64,000 nucleotides of DNA from Polymyxa betae A26-41. Its lineage: Eukaryota; Protista; Endomyxa: Phytomyxea. The notes under the pieces were generated by a model, which saw only the letters and a program-made list of their open reading frames with translations, ran no database searches and was not told the origin of the DNA. Positions 1 through 12,900 of the stretch are shown here, in pieces. The stretch lies in the NCBI GenBank assembly GCA_003693705.1, contig RBZT01000716.1:1-64000 (forward strand), written 5' to 3'. The position numbers were made by a program, and so were the translations under genes. Position 1 is the first letter of the stretch; each line of letters opens with the position of its first letter.

Positions 1-462
1 GTTTTCGAATGCCCAGTAGCTTCATCACCTGTCGCATTTTGTGTATTTCATTGAGGAATCGTACACGCTCCTCTCTTGGTTTTACAAATCAAGATTCAGA
101 GATCATAATTGCTGCACTGAAATCCGTTCCGAATATTATTCAGGTTATCTGTGTTGATTGAAAACAAGGTAGGCAAGTGTAACTTTACAGAATTGATGCA
201 CCTTGAATTCAATCCATTTAATTAAAACTATTGCTGTTGGAGTAATTAAAAGTGATATGTTTCAAGCCTAATCTGTAAAGTTACACTTGCCTACCTTGTT
301 TTCAATCAACACAGATAACCTGAATAATATTCGGAACGGATTTCAGTGCAGCAATTATGATCTCTGAATCTTGATTTGTAAAACCAAGAGAGGAGCGTGT
401 ACGATTCCTCAATGAAATACACAAAATGCGACAGGTGATGAAGCTACTGGGCATTCGAAAAC
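1..462. repeat. Perfect inverted repeat (foldback): arms 1-191 and 272-462, 80-bp spacer
   Basis: 272-462 is the exact reverse complement of 1-191 (gttttcgaatgccc...aactttacaga / tctgtaaagtt...gggcattcgaaaac). The left arm runs off the window edge. Confidence 0.95.
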
Positions 463-939
463 GAAAACCAATATACGAAATAGCCAGTTCAGCATTTAAT
501 AGAACCAATCTCAATTTTGCCCAGTTAATGGTATGGCTATGCATGATACCTAAACCGTATCACTGTTGCCCGATTGGGATGGCGACTGACAAATAGACTG
601 ACAAATTGGTCAATCAATTGCCCATGTATGGGCGGGAAGGATGATTTATTTCGGCTTTCTCCTGTAGAGTGATGAAGCTGATCCCAGGCCGGTTTCATTT
701 GATGATTGTAATGCAATTGAACATACTATAGCAAGAGCAATCAACTCACTATGTATACTGTTCGTTAATAACCATCACTTGCAATCACGTTTGTTATGTT
801 TCCATCTATGGCATGTATGTATCCCTAATTATCATTTGATTTTGATTAAAACCCAATGATATTATAGACCCACATATAGTCTGGTAGCGCCGCGCCAACT
901 TTAAACAGGTCGGGTCGCATCTGTGCTCAATTAAACCCA

Positions 940-1909
940 ATGCGATTCTTCGACGAGTTCGCCCTTTTAGCACGGGACCTCCACGATGCTCTAAATCTGT
1001 ACCAGGTGGAGCGTCAGACCAGCAAGGCTGGCGTTCTTGACCCGGTCCGTTTACGACGCCATGTCGATCAGGCCCGGGCCCAGATCTTGTCTTTAGCTGA
1101 CCAGGCTGCCGTCCGCCATGATCTGGTCGCTAATTTTCTGTCTCGATCACGATCGTTAGGGATTCATATCCCAATCGTCGACGATAAAGATGCTGGCTCG
1201 GAGATACGGTCCTTGAGCACTTCCGTTGAGCAACCATCGCCAGGCCTCTCTGGGTTTCTGCATGAATTCCTTAAAGGTGATAACATGGGAGTGAAATCCC
1301 CAGTTCGATCAACAAGACGGGAGTCGACTGTGCTTCAAAGCCCTCAGATGCCGACTATATCGTCGCAGACAATGCTGCAAAGCCCTCAGATGTTAACGAT
1401 GTCGTCGCAAGCCATGCTGCAGAGTCCACAGATGCCAACTATGTCGACGCGAACCGAGCGCCGTTCATCGGCTGCGATGCTAAGCCCCCAGATGCCGACC
1501 ATATCATCACACAGCCGGGAGATCATGTCGCGATTGAAATCCCTCGATATTAACACAAAAATCTCGCGCGAGCCATCCAAAGAGAACGTCACACCCGAGA
1601 AACACCAATCGCGGTTAAAGGGCGTCACTGATTCGGAAATTGGAAAAGTATTTTGTAAGATGTGACTAGAGTACAATTTTCTGATTGACGAATTAGGTTC
1701 CAGGATTTCTTCGGTCGCGTATCGCGTTAGAGGATGTCAATCGGGTTCTGAATCGTGTCCATGCCGGAGAGAAGATATCGGCTGAATACCTTGAGACTCA
1801 GCTGGGATTCGGATCAAAGGCGAAGGCCTTGATCATGGTCTTGCTGCAATTAAATCGTATAAAATCAACCTGTTCACACAACGGCCAGGTTCTATATGAA
1901 ATCACATAA
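940..1909 (+). CDS. Ska3-like (spindle and kinetochore-associated complex) protein, 2 exons
   Basis: Intron 1648-1696. The C-terminus VPGFLRSRIALEDVNRVL...LGFGSKAKALIMVLLQLNRI resembles the Ska1/Ska3-type C-terminal winged-helix domain. Helical N-terminus and SP-rich disordered middle. Confidence 0.6.
1330..1512 (+). repeat. Coding tandem repeat, 42-bp (14-aa) unit LQSPQMPTISSQxM, three tandem copies plus one offset copy
   Basis: Units start at about 1330, 1372, 1414 and 1477 and are visible at DNA and protein level. Confidence 0.9.
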
Positions 1910-2793
1910 ATCACACATCCATATTCACGTCATGCTCACCAATTTGTTCAATTCTGGGCCCATCGAGGAACATAACTTTAATATTTCTTGCACACGAGAT
2001 GTTTGGAAGGATTAGATTGGATATCAACGGGTGGCGTTTTTGCCCAAAACACGAGGTCTGTTTTTCGTCTTAGTGGCCAACAGGCGCTCTCGTTCCTTCG
2101 CTGAGAAAGTTCTAACGAAACATTAAATGTTTTAGATAAAAGCTGTGCTCCCAGCATCGGCCAGTTGAATCCCTGCTAGTCGATATTCAGCTTATCGGCT
2201 TATCGTGCATTATAATTGCAAGTTACGAATGCAAGCAACTATGCAATAGGCAAATGACACCGGCAGGAATGTAGCTGACCAAAGAAGAAGCCATTGTTAA
2301 ATCACTTGAATGTATGCGGTCTTCAAGATATCCTTCATCATTGTTAAATACACTCAACAACTTATTCAGCTTTTTTAACTATTGCACTAATAAACGGTCG
2401 CCCAAGCAGAGCCGTCAGCTGATACTAGCTTCAATCTATGGAATTGCCAATACGGACCATCTCGATCCGTTGATTCTCTTGATCCAACCTGGTTTGCTTT
2501 CCAAGCTTGGGCTTGTTTTCGTTGCCTGAGAAATAAGGCTGAGTAGGATATTGTGAATACGCCTAATTCTTTTGCTGCTTCTATGGCATAACTGACCTGT
2601 TAAACATTTGCTAGATAAAACCATGGAATAAAAAAACGTACCAGGAAGTTTTGTGGCAAAACATCATAGGTGCAGGCTGCATGGAAATGAAGATTGATAT
2701 GATGGTGAATGAAGGTTAGATAGATATAATGAGAGGAGGTAGACAAGAGGAGGCAGCCCTCTGTCTATATGGTGGAGGTCTCTCTCTTGACAT
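1910..2793 (-). CDS. Putative small multi-exon gene, unknown function
   Basis: Splice-compatible minus-strand frames: MSRERPPPYRQRAASS/SCTYDVLPQNFL/VSYAIEAAKELG...LKKLNKLLSVFNNDEGYLEDR...KERERLLATKTKKQ...EHDVNMDV*. Not fully resolved. Confidence 0.35.
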
Positions 2794-2820
2794 CAATATA
2801 CACAGACCATCATCCTACTA

Positions 2821-3560
2821 ATGTCAACAACATTGTCAGCAGGGCCAGGATCTGCTGCCAAAAATAAGCATGCTGAACTCGGCACCATGACTGAGGATCA
2901 ACTGGTCGAGATCAAGGAGGCGTTTAGCTTGTTTGATACTGATCACTCTGGTAATGATAGACTCTTATATCAGTATCATATCTGACCATATTGCTAGGCA
3001 CCATTGATGCGAAAGAATTGCAAGCAGCTATGAGAGCACTTGGATTCGATGCAAAAAAGGAAGAAATCCGAAAAATGCTGAGCGAGGTTTTGAGCATGTC
3101 TCCAAATTTTAATAGAGAGTGAATTGGTATCAGGTTGACTCCGACCAAAGTGGTCAGATCGAGTTCAACGAATTCGTTAAGTTGATGACAGGAAAAATGG
3201 TATGTAAAGCATTCGCTTTACAGGAAGTCAAACATTTACGGTTGGCAGAACCAACGTGATACGAAGGAAGAAATCATGAAAGTATTTCAACTGTTTGATG
3301 TTGACAATACTGGGTTTATCACTTTTCGAAATTTGAAGAAGGTTTGCCAAGAACTTGGTGAAAAACTGTACGTTTAAGAAAAGGACCCCCCGTCAAGGTC
3401 GTTTTTCACATTTTTATTTAGGACAGATGAAGAGATTCAAGAAATGATTGAAGAAGCAGATAGAGACCATGATGACCAGATATCCCCTGAGGAATTTTAC
3501 CGGGTCATGAAAAAACGAACTGGAAATCCAATTGATGAAATAAGTAGTGATGAAGATTAA
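2821..3560 (+). CDS. Centrin (4 EF-hands), 5 exons
   Basis: Spliced translation [49 protein letters not shown]...[30 protein letters not shown]...[11 protein letters not shown]. Confidence 0.93.
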
Positions 3561-3761
3561 TCAACAATCATCCATAAGGCTGTGCCATTATAAAGATTGA
3601 TGTGTTTAAAATAGCAAAGTTTTGCTGACATTTCCCACAGAATCAGCAGAATGGCAAAGGGTGCCTCTTTAATTTATGAACAGATAGATTTCTTCGTAAT
3701 TTTCGTCTGAATCTGATTTATATATTTCTTACAATTATATACACAGTAGGTATAAATCAAA

Positions 3762-6556
3762 CTAAAACCCAGTGATTCCGTCGCGGTCATCATCTGTTGA
3801 ATCGTCGAGATCATGACTGGGATGAAGAGAATGAAGCCTTTCGATGCTGGCTTTCACCAAATTTCGATCATTAGGGTCCAGATCGAGGCAAGTTGTGAAA
3901 TGCAACAAAGCGTTGACCAATTCACCGCGCTTCTTACAAATTCTACCCATCAGAAAATGAACTGACGCTTCTCGAGGAGCCAAGTCGGCAAGCTTATAAA
4001 AAATCAGTGTAAGCGCTCTCAAGAAAGAAGTGATCATTCTTACCTGTTCCAATTCTTCCATTGCCAGATCATATTTTTCCATAGAGAATAAGACGTTGGC
4101 CTTTTGGAATTTGGGTAGAAGATTTTTAGGCTCCAGCTGACACGATTTGTCAAGATGCACTAACGCTTCTTCAAGCTTCTGACTCGCATGTAAGACCTAG
4201 ATAGATGGTAAGCTTGAGGATTTCCATGAACTGATAATCCAAACCATTCCCAAGTAACACTCCAAAACGGAATTTCGTGAATTGATCTTAATAGCACGAA
4301 CAAAATGGTATATCGCTAGATCGTATTTCTCCTGACGGTAATAAATCGTTCCAAGGCCATACCTAACAAGTTGGTTCAATGAGAATAGGCATTTGAAATA
4401 AGCACAGTGCAGAATACAGAAGAAATCTAATCAAAAAAAAATCAGACAACACACAATACCAAGCATTGTAATGTCGCTCATCAATCCTGATAGCATTTCT
4501 GAATGCCGCAATCGCCTTATCGAAATCTTCATTAGCAATATATTCATGCGCCATCAACGTATAAGCGTATGTCCGCCCTAAATCCAGCTGTGTGGCTCTT
4601 TCAAAGAATTTGATGGCAGTATCATGTTCCTTTTGCAAGGAGAAACAGTTCCCGATTGCTATCCAAGGTTCGGGTGACATACGTGTCATTGACAGTGTCT
4701 ATTGGTATATCAATACTCCAGGTAAATAAATGCAGCAACTGAACAGGCTGTAGAAATTGGCGAATGAAAAACATGCTCAACATTTGTCACCTGTTGTGCC
4801 AAAAAGGCAAGCTTGACTTCTTGCTTTAATTGCCAAAGGGCAGTCGAATATATCTCAATCCCGTTCATATTGTAGGGATCCAAATGCCTTGCCTTTTCGA
4901 AAATATCGCACGCCTGTGGAGGCAATTAAGCTGAAACAATTCTTAGACGAATAATTTCACCTTTTGATAGTGATTCAGTTCAAAATAGGCACGGCCGAGC
5001 TGTATTTGGATCCAATGAGTGCTGAAATGAGGCTCAGGAAGCTTCAAGAATGTATCAATTGCCTGTATATCGTATAGGAAAACCGTTCATTATCGAATAC
5101 GTGATGGGTGACCTCTTGGCATTGAAATAGATGCAATAAACGATACGCTTCTGCGATTGTAGATATTGTTTGGGCCAGTGATAACGAAGTATAACGAGGC
5201 AAGACATCGCTTTCACCTGGATTTATACGTTCCTTCCCACGCTAATAGACGGTTAAAAAGCATCTTCCGTATTGACAATGTCGAACCTTGGTGGAGCGCC
5301 GAGCAGTCCGATCTAATGGCGTATGATTTCCTCTCTCTGCAAACGTCTACAGCGCATGTAAATAAATGATGAAAACAGTTAATACTTCTTGTACTTTCAG
5401 TTCAGAGGATGCTGAAGACGAGGCAGTGAACAAAAGTCGTTCACTGCGACGAGGTGTTCGTGTACCAGGCGTTTCACGCGCCAACCGAGGTTGAGCCTAA
5501 ACATTATTGAAACAAAATGGAATGTTTGACAAAGCCTCAAGACCTTGCGAATTGAGCCTAATGGAGGTTTCCTGAAAGAAGCCGATGACATCCTCATTGG
5601 GGTTTCATCAACAGAAACGTCATTACTGAGTTCCATTAAAATAAGAAGAACGTTTTAAAAATTATCACTGACAAGGTGATATTCGGTTGGTTCTGAGGAG
5701 TGGAAAAATCCAACGAAGTCGTCACAGTTGCTGGTGATGGCGACAGAAACGACGGGTTGGAAGGAGGATCAGAGTGCTACCAATAAATTGAAATTGCATA
5801 ATGATTGGGAATTAAAAGCTAAACGTTTGGGAGTGAAGACGAAATGAAGCATTATTACCATGACAGAATGGTCATCAGAAACAATGTGAAACAATTCCGG
5901 CTGAGCAGCGCCCATCTGACACATAGCTGCATATGCACCCCAATGCTTCCTATCGCATTCCAGGCATCGCATAAAATACGCTAACGCAGCTGCACGACGA
6001 CATTGCTTCCTGATATTTGCTCTAGAGTTAAAATCAAAACAAACTTTGCGATATTTGTCTACATGCAAATTTGCCCAAGAAGATACAGGCCGCAAGCGCC
6101 GTTTGGGATCGAATCTGGATTAAGCGCAGACGGCTTAACGCCTGGTAACTCATGCTCTAAGAGAGCAAGTTCCGCTTCGTGATAACGACCCAGCGAAAAG
6201 CTAACATAATGAGAATGAATGATAGCATTCAATACGAATCAATAAACCATGTTCGAGCGAAGAGAAATCGACGCCGACGTTCCCGAATCTCATCAACTGC
6301 ACCTGGGGCGGGCTGATATCCTTTCAATACGCCATACGCGCGCAGAACATTATTCGATTGCAAAATATACTGACAATAGTAAGGTTTAGAACTAATAGAA
6401 AATGTTAGTAACCTGAGCTAATCGTAATAGATTATCGAATGTGGGAGTGGCCGCATACAGGCGCTCGCTCCACCAGATAGCTGATTCAAAATCGCCAGCA
6501 TCAGCATATGCGGCTACAACGTCAACAATAGCATTTTCCGCCGAGTTTGGGGCCAT
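3762..6556 (-). CDS. CDC27: Anaphase-promoting complex subunit 3 (CDC27), multi-exon TPR protein
   Basis: N-terminal FESAIWWSERLYAA; TPR exons SPEPWIAIGNCFSLQKEHDTAIKFFERA, AYAYTLMAHEY, HYNAWYGLGTIYYRQEKY and APREASVHFLMGRI match CDC27. Confidence 0.93.
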
Positions 6557-6916
6557 CCTCAACAAACAACAACGAAGCCAACCAGTAAACAGTTGAGTCG
6601 TCGCTGCTTGGATTGAAAGGAATGACGACGGGGTTGTTATACTGCCTATACGGTAACCTATACCGCAAACGATACCAGCAATAACTTTACAATTTTCTAG
6701 TATTTATTTGCAATGAACCCGACAACGATTCTCCATTGGGTTTTTTGCTTGGAATGCTGTAGCAACTGATTTGCATCAGGAGCTTGCATTCAATGAATTG
6801 CAATTTTGAAAGCTCGTTTATTTCGTTAAAAAATGATCATAAAAGGTGGTAGAAGAAATAGTGTAATCTCTGTTCAAATATCAGTAGAATTCGGTCATGC
6901 TCTAGTTCTGAACAAT

Positions 6917-9900
6917 ATGAAAAATTCAGGAACGAGTAAATTGGCGCATCGAGTAACATCTGAGAAACTATCATCGAATTCTAATTGCTGCCAGTTCTAC
7001 TTGACGAGAAAACGCGAGGGAATCGCCGAAACGACGAATCCCACCATAGGAAGGGCTTCCATACACAGACGGCAAATTGGGAAGATGATTCAGAAAGGTC
7101 AAGCGTCAAAACTTTCCAAAAACAGATACTGCGCAAGTCGCAACAAGAGTCTTTCCCAGACGGAGCGGCCTACTTACCTTTTGGACAGAATCCACTCTGT
7201 CCAATTCTTGTGACCATTTTTCTCGTTTGCTCTGTGACTCTTCAGCAAATTTCGCAAAACTTTCAAACCATCTGATTCATCTTGAAGAGGTCACCATTCC
7301 CACATGGAGCATGAAGATGCTACAAGTGCGGATGAGACGCAAGCCGCCTGGCGCGATGTTGCCACCGCTGCCGCCGATGTCGCCAGAAGACGCTCCAGTG
7401 TATCTGGGCCTGAAGCACTTCGCCTAATCGACAACCTTTTTAAGGCCTTTCAAACTGAATACGAGACTGGCATTCGCCAAGCAACATCATCTTCAAACTC
7501 GGAAGCATTTGCCAGTGCGTGGTCGAAATTCCTTCGACAAACTGATTTTGAACCCAACTATGTCTCCACTTTGAGGGCACTTGCTGAAGTCGACCCGGAT
7601 GCTATCACTTGTTATGCTCTACAAATCCGTTTCTCGACGCAGACTACAGATCCGTTTGTGAACGAAGCACTGGCCGATTTAACGGCTCGTGTTGGGGCCA
7701 TCATTATGGCAAACTGTCTACGCTCGAGTGCTAATCTGCAGAGGTCTACAGTTCTAGAGCTCTTGAAACGAGCAATGTCTGCTCCCAGGAATTGTGCAGC
7801 TTATGCTCATTATTGGGCACGTACCATTGGCGTGGTATCTGTCCACCATCTAGATCTTGTTCTTGATGCATTCAGGTAAGCTTGGTGATTTGCATTTCAT
7901 TTGCTTATACATTTTGTTGATCTCTCTCTTTCAGATCGGAATTGTCGCAAACCGAATATAAAAACTGTTTTGCCCCGGAAGCTGCTGGGATCTTCTCAAT
8001 GTTAACTTACATGAGAGTAGTTATCGGCGACAGTTCTGAATCAGCCAACACTGAAAGGCTCGAAAAAGTGTTAAACTTTCACAGAAGTATTTTCGTCTCT
8101 AAATGCTACAGACATCCTGTTCCTGTATGAAACTTGCAAGAACTTTCTCGTCTGGCTGACATGTTTTATAGGCTGTGGTTCTTGCACATCTTACTGTTCT
8201 CGATGTAAATCTAAGACAGTGGGCTTCTGTATTACCAAAGAGTGAAATCTGGGATTACTTCTTTCGCATTAGCGACAATCTGTCAAAGTTGCCTGTTTGC
8301 AAAGCAGCAGCATTAGCGCTGATGTCCTCTCTCCTCGAACGATGGCCCGATGAGGAATGGCGTCAGAAAAACGTCGAGGCGTTTCTCAACAAGAGGGTGT
8401 TGAGGCATGTTACAACTCCTCGAAAAACGGCACATTGTCTTCGCATCATTCTCAGGATTCTACGAGGTTCTTTGATTTTACCATACTTCGTTAGTTTTGA
8501 TTAACAGTTGCAGGTCTATATCAGCCAAGAGTTCATCTTAACTGTGTGGATGGGGATGGACTTAATGAAAGTATTGCCGTTCATCCCCAAGGGGGATCGC
8601 CTCGTTTCCATCCTTATGCTTTTCATTTGCGTGATTTTGGACCTGGAACAGATTCGGAAAGCCTTCACGTGCAACTGCAGCGTTTCACTAAAATTATCTT
8701 AAACCGCAAGGTTTTGCATATGGCTTGGCCTCGCTATAAGTGGGAGCTTGTGGAGATCGTTATGCAGCTCGCCGTTCACGATGCCATTTGGACATTGAAC
8801 CATGCTGTTATCCCATTATTGGCTTATAAGAAGGTATGCTTTCAATTGATTTTCCTGTATTTTTTTAGCACGTTTACCATCATTTATTGATTTTTAATTT
8901 GTCCGTTTCTTGGAGCTTGCGTTTACTCAACTGTAATGTAGGCAAATAACCAAGCCGAGATTTTGTTAGCACTTGAGGTTACAAGGAAAATCTTCAACGA
9001 AGTTGGGGATTTTCATCGGCATGCCCTAGATGATACTAGCCGTGAAGCCCTTTGGGGCACGCTTTCTCTGTCCGTTACTGCCTCTATTGAATCAATCTTG
9101 GGCCGTGTACTGTTCGAATTCGGTTTATCGTCGCCTTCCGAACGCGCTCAAGTTAGTTCGGTCGTTTCCTTCTCACTGTCATCTCAAAGTCGTTTCAGAT
9201 TGCGTTGCAAATCACATGTGCTTCCGACAAAGATTCCGGTGATACGTCGTCCTCTGTCGATGCTCCACTCGCAGAAGCTCGCTCCTCGCTTGCCGATACT
9301 GTCGAAGAGGATAGCGATTTTGAAGGCGTAGGATTCATTTTTCGTGACTGTTAATTCCGTTCGTTTGCTTACTAATTTTTTGTACTTGCAGAGTGAAGAA
9401 GGTACCGATTATATCATGTCCTCTCCTGCCAAACAGCTGTTGGCTCCACGGACGACCTCAACCTATACTCTACGTCTTGGTGGTAGCGAGTTCCCCTTTC
9501 TGGAAACGGTACCGGAAGACAGTAATGATAATGGAATCGATCACGACCGCAATTCGTTTTCGCCTTCTGGTATTCCGAATGGCGAAACTTCCGATATTGC
9601 TTCGGTGTCGGCTCTCGCAGAAAGTCGCCCTCCGGCTGCTTCCGCAAGGTACGCTCTCATGAATTTTATTTACATTCTTATGTAACATGCATTCTGTTTT
9701 GGTCGTTTTTAACATCAAAAAAGGTCTGGTTCCAGAGAATACTCTGTCCTTATCGCCGCTATCCGCTGCCTTGGAGTGTTGCCATCTTCTAATGCAATTA
9801 ACTATCCGCAAAGCGCTTGTTTCATGTTACCCATTTTGTTACATCAATCCACCTCTGTCGCTTTAGCAACCTCGCATGCATTACAGGAGGTTTCTGCGAA

Positions 9901-12900
9901 CAGAGATTCCGCATGGTTTGTGACTGTTACAGAGTCTATAGTTTCCTTCCTTTCAGATATTCCTTTAAACGACTATGTATCAATAACCACTTTGCTTCGT
10001 CAATTACAAGGTAAACTTGTGCGGTTGTAAATGATCTCGTTTAATGGTCCATGCCAGCTAATATTGACCACTGGGCCTTTCGCGTTTCTGCTAGAAACGT
10101 GGATGTGCCGGAAAATTGCCTCACTACATTGTCCTCGTTAGACGCGCTTGCTCTAGCATATTTAGGACACCAGCAATCAGCTGTCCGAGTTGCTGCATTT
10201 CATGTCGCACAGTATGTGGAAGTCAATAGACCTGCTGCTTTTGTAAAATGTCTGTTCTTTTAGATGTGTTAGACAATTTTATGCTCGCTTTGGTCACGGA
10301 TCACGTTGGAATCTTGCATCTTGGCTGTCTGAACGAAGTAAGGCTTTCACTGGATATAACCGGTTCTTCTCCTAAACTGTGCTCAAATAGGCACTTCTCT
10401 GGTTTTAAGTGCACAAGTCAGCCTATCAGATCACAAGAAAATATCATATCCGGGTGGCATATTCCGTCGTGGAAGCCCTGCAAGTAGATCCGATGGCAGC
10501 CTTTTGCAAAAGTCTATGGCCAAACAAATCTCATCGTCTCACGATTCATGTGCAGCGCAGTACCCGTCCAAAATGACCTTCCGTGATCTAATTTTCAGTG
10601 ACGATCCAGACCTTACAGATTTGATATCTGCCTCTTTCACTGTTTTGATCAAGCTTCTCAGTACGTATTTGAAGTTTCAATTTATCTTCAGCTTTTCGAA
10701 TGGCTTTACGCATGCAGGCTTTTTTTCTTATCAAACTATAGATGAGGAAGACGATCCTGCCAGTGTGCTTAATCAAACTCGAGAATTTGTTTTCACTCGC
10801 CTGCTTTCACTTTTATCTTCCTCCACCGACATTGTTTCTTCAATGTCTTCATCGCTATTTTTGCTGTTATCAATTGCGCTTTCGTTGAAACCGAGGTCCG
10901 AGCTTGCTGCCAACGAACTAATGCTGTCCCTTTGGCATTTTGTGCTTGTTTCAAATAAGGACATATGGTTGCAGGTACGATATTAGCCAGATGGTTATCC
11001 CTCTTCTATCCTGTTTCGTTTATTTTACCCATTAATAGAAATCGGTGGAGTTCGTGTTGACTTCTGCTCATGTGAACCACCTACCACTGCTCATCACGAC
11101 GCTGAATCAGTCCCGAAATGGCGTATTGTCCGATCTTAGCTCTAACACTACTGTTTCGAACAAGAAAAGTACTCGTCGTCGCGGAGACCACCTTGAAAGT
11201 GTTGAACGTACTGATCGGAGTGATATTGATTCAATATGGTCTCGATGCCTGATCGCTTTATCGGAACCCAAGAGGTTGCGTGTCGCCTTTCAGTCATCCG
11301 CTCGTGTGAGAGTTTTGTATCTCGAGATTTGTCGATTCGGCATAACCAAGTCAGTACAAACATATTGCATTGTCTTTGCTAAGCATTAGACTTAATGAAT
11401 CAGGTCATTCCGAAAATGGTGCCGATCTCCAGATCACTTGAGCGATCGCGTCCAGTTCCTTGGAAACGTTTGCTTTGCTTTGCGACGACGTCATAAGTAC
11501 GATGGAGGTGTGTATTTGTTCAGTTATGTCATTTCTACCGTAATAAGTCTCTATATAGTCGACTTCTCTGGCCCTTTTTTAGAGGCTGACATTCCAGGTA
11601 ATTGACTTCACAAGCATTGCTGCAGGTGCACTTACCACTTAGCAGAGTGGACTCAAGATGATCGCTCCAGGACACTTGGTGAATTACGTTCTTGGAGCGA
11701 ATGTGGCGAAGTAACGACTCCAGCCTCGGAAGAGGTACAATATATTGTCCTTGTCATGCGATTTCGAACAAGGGGTTGCTTACTGCATTGTTAGATGTAT
11801 TCATTCCTTCGTTCACGTTGGAATCTAGCTGTCGAATCGAAAGTTCAAAGTATGCAATCTGCTGGAGGCAAACCGTTAAATGACAGGGACCGTGCCTCCC
11901 TTACTTTGGAGCTGCAAAATCAAATGGAAAATCAGGTTTTAATGGTAAAAGCGTACAATGTAGACAGCGATCAATATGCCTTTAGTTTGCTGCTAAATTA
12001 GCGGATTTGCGAGCACGTTCGTTTTGGTGTATTTCTCGCATATTCAGCCTGGGCTCTGTTCTTGAGGATGCAATTATTGCTGAAGGTAAAGAACAAATCC
12101 TAGTTTGCTCTCAAGCAACCCAGCTCAATGCATTACAATTTCAGAAAATTGGCTTGACTGGGCTTTACAGTCCGAAGCCCAAGGCGTCCCAGTTTTGCAA
12201 ATGATGGTATGTTTTCACTGGAAAGAAATGCCCAAATTACTCGATCGTCTCTACTGGGAAACAAGGTGCTGTTATATCCTTACTTTGTTGTTCTATCTCA
12301 CATAGTACCATATTTAGTGAAAATGGGCCACTAGCTTCGAATCTATTCGCAGCGTGTGCTTCCCAATTAGTACCTGTTTGTTTTGGGCTTTCTGCTTATA
12401 TGACGAGGTAACAAATTTCAGTCATTCGACTACAGTCGATATCTGGAATGTTGAAAACTGCAAATTGTAACATTTGCTCTCAGGCATGAATTAGAAGATT
12501 CTGTTCCATTGTCAGATGACGATATTATCTCACAGAACCTGAAGCGCCCGCTAATCAATGACATGCTCTCCCCTCTGGTCGTTTGCGCGATCTTCCATAT
12601 GGGATCGTAAGTAATAATCGGATACAAGCTTCATCGGTGTAGTAAAGTTTTTGCTTCAAGGCATTCGCGACGAATCTCTCAAACAGCAGCTGCAATGCTA
12701 GCCCGTCTTTGTGATACATTGTTTACAAAAAGTCTGACTGCCGACCAGGTATGACATTTCAGTTTATACTCGATTTCGCTCGGTTGCCTTGGATAATTTG
12801 TTTTTTATTAGCTTCACCAATGACTTCTGGTCTGCCCATTTTGTTAATATCTCCATCATCTCAGGTCAAATCTATATCTGTGTTGAGAACACATCATCCA

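Noticed and set aside
302-544. 80-aa minus-strand ORF with weak LRR-like look
   Set aside because: Too short, entangled with the foldback, and lacks a convincing motif.
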